Assembly (NCBI RefSeq): GCF_055900595.2
Contig: NZ_CM148325.1
DNA length: 64,000 bases
Strand: one strand, 5' to 3'
Shown: piece after piece, positions 1 to 11,503 of the stretch
Numbering within the stretch: position 1 is the stretch's first letter
How the letters are laid out: every line of letters begins with the position of its first letter
Program-made: the position numbers and the translations under genes
Notes under the pieces: generated by a model
The model's input: only the letters and a program-made list of their open reading frames with translations
What the model was told of the DNA's origin: nothing
The model's database searches: none

Positions 1-1
1 G

Positions 2-3000
2 GTTTACGTCAGTTGCCTGACGACGGCGAACAAACCTGCCAGCAGCATTACGCTGGATGTGGTTGATAACGCACAGTGGGCTGCCGGAAATAACGCGGCG
101 AAGCTGAAAAAAGGCGAAACGCTACAGGTTAAGGTAACGGTAAAAGATGCGCAGGGTAATCCGCTCACGGATATGCCATTTAAACTGAGTCGCGGAGACG
201 GTTATACCCGCACGGGCGAAAAACATATTGCCGGTAGTGGCGATGCGCTGGTGGCACCGGTGGTGATTAACAGTGGGCTGGCGGATGAAACGACGTTGAA
301 CGACACCGCGGGATTTTATACTGCCATGACCGGCAGCGACGGCAGCAAAATCCTCAATATTACCCGCCCGGATACTCACGGTACCAAAACGGCGCTGACG
401 GCGACGTTGTATTCCGATCCAACAAAAAAAGACAGCCTGGATACAATCTTTACTGTGGTCACCAGCCCGGATAGTAGCAAAGCGAAAATGTGGGGCCATA
501 TGCCGGAAACCTTAACGGCGGCAGATGGTACCGTTTTTAAACGCCCATTGCTGATAAAGGAACTGTCGAGTCAGACCGGGCGAACAGCAATATTCGAAGA
601 CAATGAAAACTGGGCGCTGTTTACTCAAACCCAGGCGAACTCAACCAGTAACGGCTGCGGCACTAGCTATGTTCCCACTCAGGCAGGGTTGTTGTCGTTG
701 TTTGATAATCACGCTGGCAATACCATCAAAACCGTCCAGGGCTGGCCGGTAGTAACGCGTTATTTATCCAGCACGCCCGACAACACTGGCATGGAACAGC
801 GTAACTACAAAGCGGTGGATCTCGGCAATGGCACCAGTGCCATGGTGTCAACGTCGACACTGGATCTACTGACCTGCCAAACCACGCCAGTCACCACGGT
901 GAGCCAGATTCTGCTGGAAGCGGCAGATCCTGCGGCTCTGATTTATGTTGACGATACACTGAGTGTGGTTAAAGCCAAAAAAGGCGAAGAGTCGGTAGTG
1001 CGCGTCACCACGAAAGATGCGCAAGGTAACCCGGTTGGCAATGCGGCGTTTATTCTGAAACGTGCCACCAGCATAAACCGGAGGTATACATCAGCGACAG
1101 CGAGTGTAGGTGCGCTGACTGTAACCGATGCCTGGGGAAATACGCGGAGTAATTTTCAGGCAACAACTGAAATGATCTATGGCGTGACGGGGGCTGACGG
1201 GTCGACAACCTTTACGCTGAAACAGGATAACAGTACCGGGTTAAGAACCGATCTCACGGCATCACTGGATGGCGTCAGCAGCGTTCAGGCGACCCTCCCG
1301 ATGGTCTTTACCGTGGTAACCAGTCCAGATTCTCCTAAAGCGAATTTTTGGGGACACATGCCTGAAACGGTAACGGCCGCTGATGGCATGACGTATAAGC
1401 GACCATTACTGTTTAAAGAACTTACCAATAACTATGCACGCTATAGCACTTTTGAGAATGGTGAAGATTGGGCAAGATTCAGTGTGGTTCAGTCAAATAA
1501 CACCGATATGGATGGATGCGGTGCAGAGTATATGCCGACACTGGATGGCCTGCAGTCCTTGTACAGTGCCAATAGTGGTAATGCGATGAGTACAGTGCAG
1601 GGATGGCCGGTAGCTAATAGTTATCTCACCAATACACCGAGTGATACGCAACCCAGTAACCGTTATTACAATGTGGTGCAACTGAATTCCGGCGCGGTTT
1701 CTCAAATCGTGACCACCGTGCTGGCATTACAAACTTGTCGCACAACGCCTGCGGTTATTGCCAGCCAGGTGTCTCTGGAGCCTGCGGACGCCACGCAATT
1801 CGTTAAGGTTGACGATACTCTGAGCGCCATTAAGGTGAAAAAAGGCGATGAGGTTGTTATTCGCGTCACGACCAAAGATGCGCAAGGAAACCCGGTGGGT
1901 AATACGCCGTTTACACTGAAGCGTAGCAGTTCTTTCAATCGCCAGAATGCATTAGTGACGATGCAGACGGTTTCGGTGACACCCGCAGCGGCCAGTACAG
2001 TTGATACCAATGCATCGGCCACCGTGTATGGCGTGACCGGGCCAGACGGAACCACCACGATGACACTCCGACAGGATGCGTCTACTGGACTCAAAACCGA
2101 CTTTTATGCTCTGTTGAACGATACCGGCGTGTCGTCGAACACCTTGCCAGTGATCTTCACCGTCGTCACCAGCCCGGATACACCGCTGGCGGCCAACTGG
2201 GGGCATATGGCGGAAACCTTTACCAGCAGCAAGGGCGTCACCTTCAAACGGCCTTTCCTCAAAGCTGAACTTTCTGGTGGTACGGCGGTAACGACCAATA
2301 ATGAAGTCTGGTCGCGCCTGACAGCAACGGAGAAAACGGATGCCAGCAAGGCGGGTTGTGATGAGAGTTATCAACCGCTGATGACTGACATGCAGGGGTT
2401 GTATGCGGATTACCCTAACAACCAGTTGGGCACGGTGCTCGGCTTGCCGACTTCCGCCGGGTATATGTGGGCCTACGACATGATGACGGTTTCTGGCAGC
2501 AGCTGGAGCAACCAGGCATATTCGCTCGTTAATGGTCAGACAGTTCAGGCATCGTCCAGTTATACGGCGGTAGTGATGTGCCTGGTGGAACCGCATACCG
2601 TTCCGGCGATGATAGAGATCACTTCAACAGCACAGGATGCGGCAAAAACGGTCAGCAATGGTGGTCGACCGAGCGCCGTAGCGAAGAAAGGTGAGACGAT
2701 TCCGCTGACGGTGACCGTACGTGATAGCACCGGGAATCCGGTACCCTACGCCGACTTTACCCTCACGCGTGGAACGACGCTGGATCGCTCGAAAGCAACC
2801 GTTAACTCGAGTGCGGACGATCTTACCGTGAAGTCATTGATACCCGCGAACAGCGACGCTGGGCTGACGGCAAATGGGGCAAAAGTGCTCAGAACAACGG
2901 GCAGTGATGGCACTGCCACCTTTGAAGTGAGCCAGAATGCCACGACAGGTCTGGCGACACCGATAACCGTCACGCTGGCGCGCGATACAACCAAAACCGC

Positions 3001-5131
3001 CACGCTGGATGTTATCTACACGGTGATAACCAGCCCGGACTCACCGAGCGCGAAATTCTGGGGACACATGCCGGACACCTTTACCAGTTCGGCAGGCGTC
3101 ACCTTCAGACGACCGCTCCTGAAAGCCGAAGCGACTTCAGGGTCATCGATTAGCACTAACGGTAATGGTGAAGTGTGGTCGTATATGAGCAACGTTCAAA
3201 ATTTAACATCGACAGATTGTCCGCTGGAGAATCAACCGCGCAGTAATGAATTGTTGGATTTGTATAATGATCATCCCAACGGCGCGATAATGACTGACCT
3301 GGGGCTGCCGATATATGCAGGCAAGTGGTGGGCTTATGATATGGTCATGCCGGATTTATATACGTGGCAGTATCAGACTGTCAGCCTGAGCGCAGGAGAT
3401 ATCGCGAAGAGCTCGGCAAACAACGCGCTGATGCTTTGCCTGGCGAAGCCGCATCCGGCAGGCGTCAGCGTAATGTTGACGTCATCCGCAATGGATAACG
3501 CCAGAACCCTCAGTAATGGCGGGCGACCCAGCGCGTCAGTGAAAAAAGGTAACCCACTGCCAATTGTGGTGACGGTCAAAGATCGTGATGGCAACCCGCT
3601 GGCGGGAGAGGCCGTGACGCTCAGGCGTGGTTCAGCGATGAGTCGTTCAGGAGCAGGAGTGGGCACGCCGGCAAATGCAATGACGTTGACAGAATTGACA
3701 CCTGTGTCGGCGGAGTTTTCTCTGGCCGCACACGATACGCAATGGCAAGGTTTCACCGGTAGTGATGGTACGGCCACTTTCAATGTTGAACAGCCTGAGA
3801 CCATCGGCCTGGCTATCTCGTTCACCGCTATACTGGCGCGAGATGTCGCAACTACCAGCGTCATTGATGCGATCTTTACCGTCGTCACCAGCCCGGATTC
3901 CGCAATGGCGACCTACTGGGGCCATATGCCGGATACGGTAACGGCGGAAAACGGCGTGGTCTTTGAACGGCCTAAATTGTTGAAAGAGCTGCCGTCGAGC
4001 GCCGGAGTCAGTCAGGTGACGGATAACAATGAAGTGTGGCCGTTGTTTAAGGCAACGCAAAGGGAAGATAGCAGCCTCAGTCCTTGTGAAGCGGCACGTC
4101 GGCCATTGAGCGATGATTTATTATCGCTCTACGCGCGCTATCCGGGGAACACGCTGACGACTCAAATCGGCTGGTCTACGAAGTATGCATGGTGGGCACT
4201 GGATAACAAGCAGGGGAATGCCCTGGTTGTCAGTCTGAATAATGGTTTTGAGTCGTCGACGGCGAGTACGGGGTATCAGGGATGTCTGGTCAATCCCCGC
4301 GCGACCGTCTCCAGCGTCACGCTGACATCGACGGCGATAGATGCCACTACGCAGGCGGCGAAGGTAAAAAAAGGTGAAGCCGCGCCCGTCGTTGTTACCG
4401 TAAAAGACAGCGCCGGGAAGCCGGTACCTAATGTCGCTTTCACCTTAAAACGTGGTGATGCCGTGCCGCGTAACAGCGGGGCGACGTTGTATGGTGATGT
4501 TGCGGCGATGGATGATATGACGGTACAACCTGCCAGCGGGACGGTGGTAACGCTGGCTGACAGTGGGAATACGATCGACGGTGTGACAGGGGCGGACGGT
4601 ACGGCAAGTTTTGCCGTTCGTCAGGATAATACGCCAGGATATAAAACGCCGTTGACGGTGACGCTGACGGATAACGCCACAATAACGGCGACGCTGGATA
4701 CGATTTTCACCGTGCCGACCAGCCCGAATGTCGCCACGGCGTATTTCTGGGGGCATATGGCGGATACCGCCACCGTAAGTGGCAAGACGTTACATCGCCC
4801 GCTATTGAAATCAGAGTTGCCGTCAGGGGCTACAGCGGCAGTAGCGCCAACGGTGAATAATGAAATCTGGGCGCTGGCACATGTGATCGATGCTCAAAAA
4901 TGGGATATTGCAAAGCAGTGCGGTGACTTTAGTAGAGCACCGAGCTATACCGATTTACAGTCATTGCATAGCGGTTTTAGCGCGCTGGGATGGCCATCAT
5001 CGATAAGCTTCCCCTATTTCTCTACCGATCGGGCCGGTTCGTTCTATTGTGGTATGGATGAAGGGGCGGGGACACAAAACTGCGGTATTCAGGCATCCAG
5101 TACCGCAGGGTTTGCGACTTGTTTCCAGTAG
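2..5131 (+). CDS. Giant repetitive Ig-like (BIG-domain) surface protein, RatA/RatB-like; 5' end lies outside the window
   Basis: Open frame continues to the window start (no in-frame stop upstream of the ORF-track Met at 59). Six tandem ~285-aa units each carry VKKGE..V.VT.KDAQGNP and FTVVTSPDSP..WGHMP.T motifs. Position beside xseA matches the rat/shd-type adhesin islet of enterobacteria (recalled). Confidence 0.6.
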   Translation, partial: VYVSCLTTANKPASSITLDVVDNAQWAAGNNAAKLKKGETLQVKVTVKDAQGNPLTDMPFKLSRGDGYTRTGEKHIAGSGDALVAPVVINSGLADETTLNDTAGFYTAMTGSDGSKILNITRPDTHGTKTALTATLYSDPTKKDSLDTIFTVVTSPDSSKAKMWGHMPETLTAADGTVFKRPLLIKELSSQTGRTAIFEDNENWALFTQTQANSTSNGCGTSYVPTQAGLLSLFDNHAGNTIKTVQGWPVVTRYLSSTPDNTGMEQRNYKAVDLGNGTSAMVSTSTLDLLTCQTTPVTTVSQILLEAADPAALIYVDDTLSVVKAKKGEESVVRVTTKDAQGNPVGNAAFILKRATSINRRYTSATASVGALTVTDAWGNTRSNFQATTEMIYGVTGADGSTTFTLKQDNSTGLRTDLTASLDGVSSVQATLPMVFTVVTSPDSPKANFWGHMPETVTAADGMTYKRPLLFKELTNNYARYSTFENGEDWARFSVVQSNNTDMDGCGAEYMPTLDGLQSLYSANSGNAMSTVQGWPVANSYLTNTPSDTQPSNRYYNVVQLNSGAVSQIVTTVLALQTCRTTPAVIASQVSLEPADATQFVKVDDTLSAIKVKKGDEVVIRVTTKDAQGNPVGNTPFTLKRSSSFNRQNALVTMQTVSVTPAAASTVDTNASATVYGVTGPDGTTTMTLRQDASTGLKTDFYALLNDTGVSSNTLPVIFTVVTSPDTPLAANWGHMAETFTSSKGVTFKRPFLKAELSGGTAVTTNNEVWSRLTATEKTDASKAGCDESYQPLMTDMQGLYADYPNNQLGTVLGLPTSAGYMWAYDMMTVSGSSWSNQAYSLVNGQTVQASSSYTAVVMCLVEPHTVPAMIEITSTAQDAAKTVSNGGRPSAVAKKGETIPLTVTVRDSTGNPVPYADFTLTRGTTLDRSKATVNSSADDLTVKSLIPANSDAGLTANGAKVLRTTGSDGTATFEVSQNATTGLATPITVTLARDTTKTATLDVIYTVITSPDSPSAKFWGHMPDTFTSSAGVTFRRPLLKAEATSGSSISTNGNGEVWSYMSNVQNLTSTDCPLENQPRSNELLDLYNDHPNGAIMTDLGLPIYAGKWWAYDMVMPDLYTWQYQTVSLSAGDIAKSSANNALMLCLAKPHPAGVSVMLTSSAMDNARTLSNGGRPSASVKKGNPLPIVVTVKDRDGNPLAGEAVTLRRGSAMSRSGAGVGTPANAMTLTELTPVSAEFSLAAHDTQWQGFTGSDGTATFNVEQPETIGLAISFTAILARDVATTSVIDAIFTVVTSPDSAMATYWGHMPDTVTAENGVVFERPKLLKELPSSAGVSQVTDNNEVWPLFKATQREDSSLSPCEAARRPLSDDLLSLYARYPGNTLTTQIGWSTKYAWWALDNKQGNALVVSLNNGFESSTASTGYQGCLVNPRATVSSVTLTSTAIDATTQAAKVKKGEAAPVVVTVKDSAGKPVPNVAFTLKRGDAVPRNSGATLYGDVAAMDDMTVQPASGTVVTLADSGNTIDGVTGADGTASFAVRQDNTPGYKTPLTVTLTDNATITATLDTIFTVPTSPNVATAYFWGHMADTATVSGKTLHRPLLKSELPSGATAAVAPTVNNEIWALAHVIDAQKWDIAKQCGDFSRAPSYTDLQSLHSGFSALGWPSSISFPYFSTDRAGSFYCGMDEGAGTQNCGIQASSTAGFATCFQ
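440..5000 (+). repeat. Six tandem ~855-bp coding repeats inside the RatA-like gene
   Basis: The accagcccgg / ccagtccagat core of the TSPDSP motif recurs at about 461, 1321, 2170, 3031, 3890 and 4721, giving a period of roughly 830-860 bp. Confidence 0.7.
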
Positions 5132-5178
5132 TCTTATCGGGTCTGTAAGCGGGGGAAAGTCTGGTACGCAATACGTCT

Positions 5179-6576
<1,398 letters not shown>

Positions 6577-6619
6577 TTATTCAGTCGATAGTAACCCGCC
6601 CTCCGGGGATAGCAAGCAT

Positions 6620-6670
6620 TTTTTGCAAAAAGGGGTAGATGCAATCGGTTACGCTCTGTATAATGCCGCG
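6620..6670 (+). promoter_or_regulatory. Putative guaBA promoter region (-10-like TATAAT at 6659-6664)
   Basis: TATAAT hexamer about 44 bp upstream of the conserved guaB start, within the xseA-guaB divergent intergenic region; -35 not confidently assigned. Confidence 0.35.
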
Positions 6671-6707
6671 GCAATATTTATTAACCACTCTGGTCGAGAT
6701 ATTGCCC

Positions 6708-8174
6708 ATGCTACGTATCGCTAAAGAAGCTCTGACGTTTGACGACGTTCTCCTCGTTCCTGCACATTCTACCGTTCTGCCGAATACCGCTGACCTCAGC
6801 ACCCAGCTGACAAAAACTATTCGTCTGAATATCCCTATGCTCTCCGCAGCAATGGATACCGTAACGGAAGCGCGCCTGGCTATCGCCCTGGCTCAGGAAG
6901 GCGGTATCGGCTTTATCCACAAAAACATGTCCATTGAACGCCAGGCTGAAGAAGTTCGCCGCGTGAAAAAACACGAATCTGGCGTGGTAACCGATCCGCA
7001 GACTGTTCTGCCAACCACGACGCTGCGCGAAGTGAAAGAGCTGACCGAGCGTAACGGTTTTGCAGGCTATCCGGTTGTGACCGAAGAAAACGAACTGGTC
7101 GGCATTATCACCGGTCGTGACGTGCGTTTTGTTACCGATCTGAACCAGCCGGTTAGCGTTTACATGACGCCGAAAGAGCGTCTGGTAACCGTGCGTGAAG
7201 GCGAAGCCCGTGAAGTGGTGCTGGCAAAAATGCACGAAAAACGCGTTGAAAAAGCGCTGGTGGTTGATGATGAATTCCACCTGATCGGCATGATCACTGT
7301 GAAGGACTTCCAGAAAGCGGAACGTAAACCGAACGCCTGTAAAGACGAACAAGGCCGTCTGCGTGTAGGTGCAGCGGTTGGCGCAGGTGCGGGTAACGAA
7401 GAGCGTGTTGATGCGCTGGTTGCCGCAGGCGTTGACGTTCTGCTGATCGACTCCTCTCACGGTCACTCTGAAGGCGTTCTGCAGCGTATCCGTGAAACTC
7501 GCGCTAAATATCCTGACCTGCAAATCATCGGCGGCAACGTGGCAACAGCTGCAGGTGCCCGCGCGCTGGCAGAAGCCGGTTGCAGTGCCGTTAAAGTGGG
7601 TATCGGCCCAGGTTCTATTTGTACTACCCGCATTGTTACTGGCGTCGGTGTACCGCAGATCACTGCCGTTGCTGACGCAGTAGAAGCCCTGGAAGGCACC
7701 GGGATTCCGGTTATCGCTGACGGTGGTATTCGTTTCTCTGGCGATATCGCGAAAGCTATCGCTGCTGGTGCAAGCGCGGTGATGGTAGGCTCCATGCTGG
7801 CAGGTACGGAAGAATCCCCGGGTGAAATCGAACTCTACCAGGGCCGTTCTTACAAGTCTTACCGTGGGATGGGCTCTCTGGGCGCGATGTCCAAAGGTTC
7901 TTCTGACCGTTACTTCCAGAGCGACAACGCTGCCGACAAACTGGTGCCGGAAGGTATCGAAGGTCGCGTAGCCTATAAAGGTCGCCTGAAAGAGATCATT
8001 CACCAGCAGATGGGCGGCCTGCGCTCCTGTATGGGCCTGACCGGCTGTGGTACTATCGACGAACTGCGTACTAAAGCGGAGTTTGTACGTATCAGCGGTG
8101 CGGGCATTCAGGAAAGCCACGTTCACGACGTGACCATTACTAAAGAGTCCCCGAACTACCGTCTGGGCTCCTGA
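6708..8174 (+). CDS. guaB: IMP dehydrogenase
   Basis: Conserved N-terminus [25 protein letters not shown] begins at the in-frame ATG at 6708 (ORF track extends to 6639); CBS and IMPDH catalytic regions present ([11 protein letters not shown]). Confidence 0.95.
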
Positions 8175-8181
8175 TTCTCTT

Positions 8182-8202
8182 CGCCCGACTTCATGTCGGG
8201 CG
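8182..8202 (+). other. Stem-loop in the guaB-guaA intergenic region
   Basis: Inverted repeat cgcccgac-ttcat-gtcgggcg followed by an AT-rich run; possible intra-operon attenuator or processing site. Confidence 0.3.
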
Positions 8203-8242
8203 ATTTATATTATCTGTTTCACTTGCCTCGGAATAAGCGTCA

Positions 8243-9820
8243 ATGACGGAAAACATTCATAAGCATCGCATCCTCATTCTGGACTTCGGTTCTCAGTACA
8301 CCCAACTGGTTGCGCGCCGCGTGCGTGAACTGGGTGTTTACTGCGAACTGTGGGCGTGGGATGTGACAGAAGCACAAATTCGTGACTTCAATCCAAGCGG
8401 CATTATTCTTTCCGGCGGCCCGGAAAGCACCACCGAAGAAAACAGCCCGCGTGCGCCGCAGTATGTCTTTGAAGCAGGCGTACCGGTATTCGGCGTTTGC
8501 TATGGTATGCAGACCATGGCAATGCAGTTGGGTGGTCATGTTGAAGCCTCTAACGAACGTGAATTTGGCTATGCGCAGGTTGAAGTCGTAAACGACAGCG
8601 CACTGGTTCGCGGTATCGAAGATGCGCTGACAGCAGACGGTAAACCTCTGCTCGATGTCTGGATGAGCCATGGCGATAAAGTTACCGCTATCCCGTCCGA
8701 CTTCATCACCGTAGCCAGCACCGAAAGCTGCCCGTTCGCCATCATGGCAAATGAAGAAAAACGCTTCTATGGCGTACAGTTCCACCCGGAAGTGACTCAT
8801 ACCCGCCAGGGGATGCGCATGCTGGAGCGTTTTGTGCGTGATATCTGCCAGTGTGAAGCCCTGTGGACGCCAGCGAAAATTATCGACGATGCAGTAGCCC
8901 GTATCCGCGAGCAGGTAGGCGACGATAAAGTGATCCTCGGCCTCTCTGGTGGCGTGGATTCCTCCGTGACTGCAATGCTGCTGCACCGCGCAATCGGCAA
9001 AAACCTGACTTGCGTATTCGTTGACAACGGCCTGCTGCGTCTCAACGAAGCAGAGCAGGTTCTGGATATGTTTGGCGATCACTTTGGTCTGAACATTGTT
9101 CACGTTCCGGCAGAAGATCGCTTCTTGTCAGCGCTGGCTGGTGAAAACGATCCGGAAGCAAAACGTAAAATCATCGGTCGCGTTTTCGTTGAAGTATTCG
9201 ATGAAGAAGCGCTGAAACTGGAAGATGTGAAGTGGCTGGCGCAGGGTACTATCTACCCTGATGTTATCGAATCTGCCGCGTCTGCAACCGGTAAAGCTCA
9301 CGTCATCAAATCTCACCATAACGTGGGCGGCCTGCCGAAAGAGATGAAGATGGGCCTGGTTGAACCGCTGAAAGAGCTGTTCAAAGACGAAGTGCGTAAA
9401 ATTGGTCTGGAGCTGGGCCTGCCGTACGACATGCTGTACCGTCACCCGTTCCCGGGACCAGGCCTTGGCGTTCGTGTGCTGGGCGAAGTGAAGAAAGAGT
9501 ACTGCGACCTGCTGCGCCGTGCTGATGCCATCTTCATTGAAGAACTGCGTAAAGCGGACCTGTACGACAAAGTTAGCCAGGCGTTTACCGTGTTCCTGCC
9601 GGTACGTTCTGTTGGCGTAATGGGCGATGGTCGTAAATACGACTGGGTTGTGTCTCTGCGTGCCGTCGAAACCATCGACTTTATGACCGCACACTGGGCG
9701 CATCTGCCGTACGATTTCCTTGGTCGCGTTTCCAACCGCATTATCAATGAAGTGAACGGTATTTCCCGCGTGGTGTATGACATCAGCGGCAAGCCACCGG
9801 CGACTATTGAGTGGGAATGA
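8243..9820 (+). CDS. guaA: GMP synthase (glutamine-hydrolysing)
   Basis: 525-aa [43 protein letters not shown] ... PPATIEWE; class I glutamine amidotransferase plus ATP-pyrophosphatase regions. Confidence 0.95.
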
Positions 9821-9822
9821 TT
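9809..9822. repeat. attL core (direct repeat GAGTGGGAATGATT overlapping the guaA stop codon)
   Basis: Exact 14-bp copy also at 44813-44826; the left copy supplies the last guaA codons and TGA stop. Confidence 0.55.
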
Positions 9823-9866
9823 CGTTAACGCTTTTCTGCGATTAACACCCATCGAAAATAATACTA

Positions 9867-9895
9867 ACCGCCTTGATTTACAGGCGGTTTTTTTA
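9867..9895 (+). terminator. Rho-independent terminator downstream of guaA (prophage-supplied)
   Basis: Hairpin accgcc-ttgatttac-aggcggt followed by a run of Ts. Confidence 0.6.
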
Positions 9896-9938
9896 TTTTC
9901 AGTCATTAATAACCATCAGTTACTATCTGTTGTTTTTA

Positions 9939-10026
9939 GCGGTAAATTTGACGGTATAAGAAATTTTTAGTCAGTGTTACACTCCATTTTACCGTCAGGT
10001 TTTAGCCAGCGGTGACGGTAAAATTT
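9939..10026. promoter_or_regulatory. Cluster of GACGGTA(A/T)A motifs: putative integrase arm-type binding sites
   Basis: gcggtaaa 9939-9946, gacggtata 9950-9958, inverted tttaccgtc 9988-9996, gacggtaaa 10014-10022, immediately upstream of int; the same motif occurs twice in the right arm (44730-44750). Confidence 0.4.
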
Positions 10027-10030
10027 CACA

Positions 10031-11245
10031 ATGGAGAGTGACCCGATGCTGACCGATACCAAACTGAAAAACCTCAAAGCGCGGGAAAAACTTTATAAAG
10101 TTGCAGACCGTGATGGGCTGTATGTAACCGTATCTCCCAAGGGATTGGTGACGTTTCGCTATGACTATCGAATCAATGGTCGTCGTGAAACGTTAACTAT
10201 TGGTCGCTATGGTGACGGTATTTCTCTGGCGCAGGCGCGCGAAAAATTAGTGGAAGCCAAAAAACGCGTAAATGCAGGAATATCGCCCGCTGGAGAGAAG
10301 CGTGACGGTAAAACAAAGCGAAAAGAAGAAAAGACACTCCACGATTTTACCGTCAGCTACATGAAACACACCCGGCTGGCGGACAGCACAAGGGCGATGA
10401 AGCAAAGCATTATCGACAGAGACATCACGCCAGTATGGGGGCGCAAGCTGCTGTCAGAGATAACCCCCTCTCTCCTACGTGAGTATTGCGACAAGATAAA
10501 AGCGCGTGGTGCGCCAGCGACGGCGATTCAGGTTCGCAATATCGTTAGTGCGGTATTTAAGTTCGCCGCGCTTCACGGCGACTATTACCCCAATCCTGCC
10601 GAAGAGGTTTTACCGGCTTCAATTGCGACATTCGAAGCGCGCGACAGGGCGCTCAAGCCAGAGGAGATAGGCTGGTTTTTCAATCAGCTTGAACAAACGG
10701 GTACATTACCCACCATCAAGCTGGCCATTAAATTGGTTTTATTAACGATGGTACGTAAAAGTGAACTGCTGAACGCTCCGTGGGGTGAGGTTAATTTTAA
10801 TGCCTGCCTTTGGACGATTGACGCCAGCCGGATGAAGGGATCACGGGATCATAATGTTTATCTGTCCCGGCAGGCACAGGACATTCTGATTGCCCTGAAA
10901 ATGTGCGCAGGAAGCAGTGATTGGGTTTTGCCTTCATGCAATCAGTCGTCGCATAAGACCATGTCGGCGGCGACCTTAAACCGGGTCATTAATCTTACGG
11001 TTAAGCAGGCGCAGGAACGGGGGATCAGGCTGGCGTCGTTTTCCGTTCACGATATGCGCCGAACGGCATCGACGTTATTGCATGAGGCGGGGTTTAATTC
11101 CGACTGGATAGAAAAATGCCTCGCGCACGAGGAAAGAAGCGTCAGAGCCGTTTATAACAAAGCGGAATACGCAGAGCAGCGCCGTGATATGTTGCAGCAG
11201 TGGGCGGATATGGTTGATGGGTGGATCAAGCAATACCGCCCGTAA
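10031..11245 (+). CDS. int: Tyrosine recombinase, P4-type phage integrase
   Basis: N-terminal arm-binding region DGLYVTVSPKGLVTFRYDYRINGRRETLTIGRYG and C-terminal catalytic HDMRRT ... AVYNKAEY (HxxR ... Y) typical of P4/CP4-57 integrases; true start may be the Met at about 10046. Confidence 0.9.
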   Translation: MESDPMLTDTKLKNLKAREKLYKVADRDGLYVTVSPKGLVTFRYDYRINGRRETLTIGRYGDGISLAQAREKLVEAKKRVNAGISPAGEKRDGKTKRKEEKTLHDFTVSYMKHTRLADSTRAMKQSIIDRDITPVWGRKLLSEITPSLLREYCDKIKARGAPATAIQVRNIVSAVFKFAALHGDYYPNPAEEVLPASIATFEARDRALKPEEIGWFFNQLEQTGTLPTIKLAIKLVLLTMVRKSELLNAPWGEVNFNACLWTIDASRMKGSRDHNVYLSRQAQDILIALKMCAGSSDWVLPSCNQSSHKTMSAATLNRVINLTVKQAQERGIRLASFSVHDMRRTASTLLHEAGFNSDWIEKCLAHEERSVRAVYNKAEYAEQRRDMLQQWADMVDGWIKQYRP

Positions 11246-11248
11246 GTA

Positions 11249-11503
11249 CTATGCGGGGATCTTGGTACCAGAGCGCTTTGGGACTTTGGCCAGATTTTTC
11301 TGTACCGCGTTATCAATATGGTGATGGTTATTTTCCTGCCGTGCTTTGAGCCAGCGTTCCACTTCCTCTTTGTCCCACGCGACGGCGCGCTTCGTTAGCG
11401 CAAAACGTTTGGGAAACAGGCCTTTTTGCTCCAACGCATAAATCGTACTTTCAGAGAGTGGCACCATCTGTAAAAGCACGTTTTTTCTAATGGCAATTTT
11501 CAT
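11249..11503 (-). CDS. alpA: AlpA/Vis-family excisionase-type transcriptional regulator
   Basis: Motif LSESTIYALEQKGLFPKRFALTKRAVAWDKEEVERWL matches the AlpA family; adjacent to int. Confidence 0.7.
   Translation of the reverse strand: MKIAIRKNVLLQMVPLSESTIYALEQKGLFPKRFALTKRAVAWDKEEVERWLKARQENNHHHIDNAVQKNLAKVPKRSGTKIPA

Noticed and set aside
6639-6707. Upstream extensions of guaB suggested by the ORF track, with similar extensions for upp (54884), uraA (55581), ppk (52745), FI, U, I and J
   Set aside because: Conserved N-termini recalled for these proteins begin at internal start codons; the extensions overlap promoters or neighbouring genes.
6711-8126. 471-aa ORF on the minus strand fully inside guaB
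   Set aside because: Antisense shadow ORF of a highly conserved gene; no independent signals, and the plus-strand product is unmistakably IMPDH.
8240-9103. 287-aa minus-strand ORF inside guaA, and 9128-9906 minus-strand ORFs
   Set aside because: Shadow ORFs opposite the conserved GMP synthase frame.
9821-10030. Expected a tRNA gene as the integrase target
   Set aside because: No cloverleaf-like sequence between guaA and int; the direct repeat instead overlaps the guaA stop codon, so the target is the guaA 3' end.
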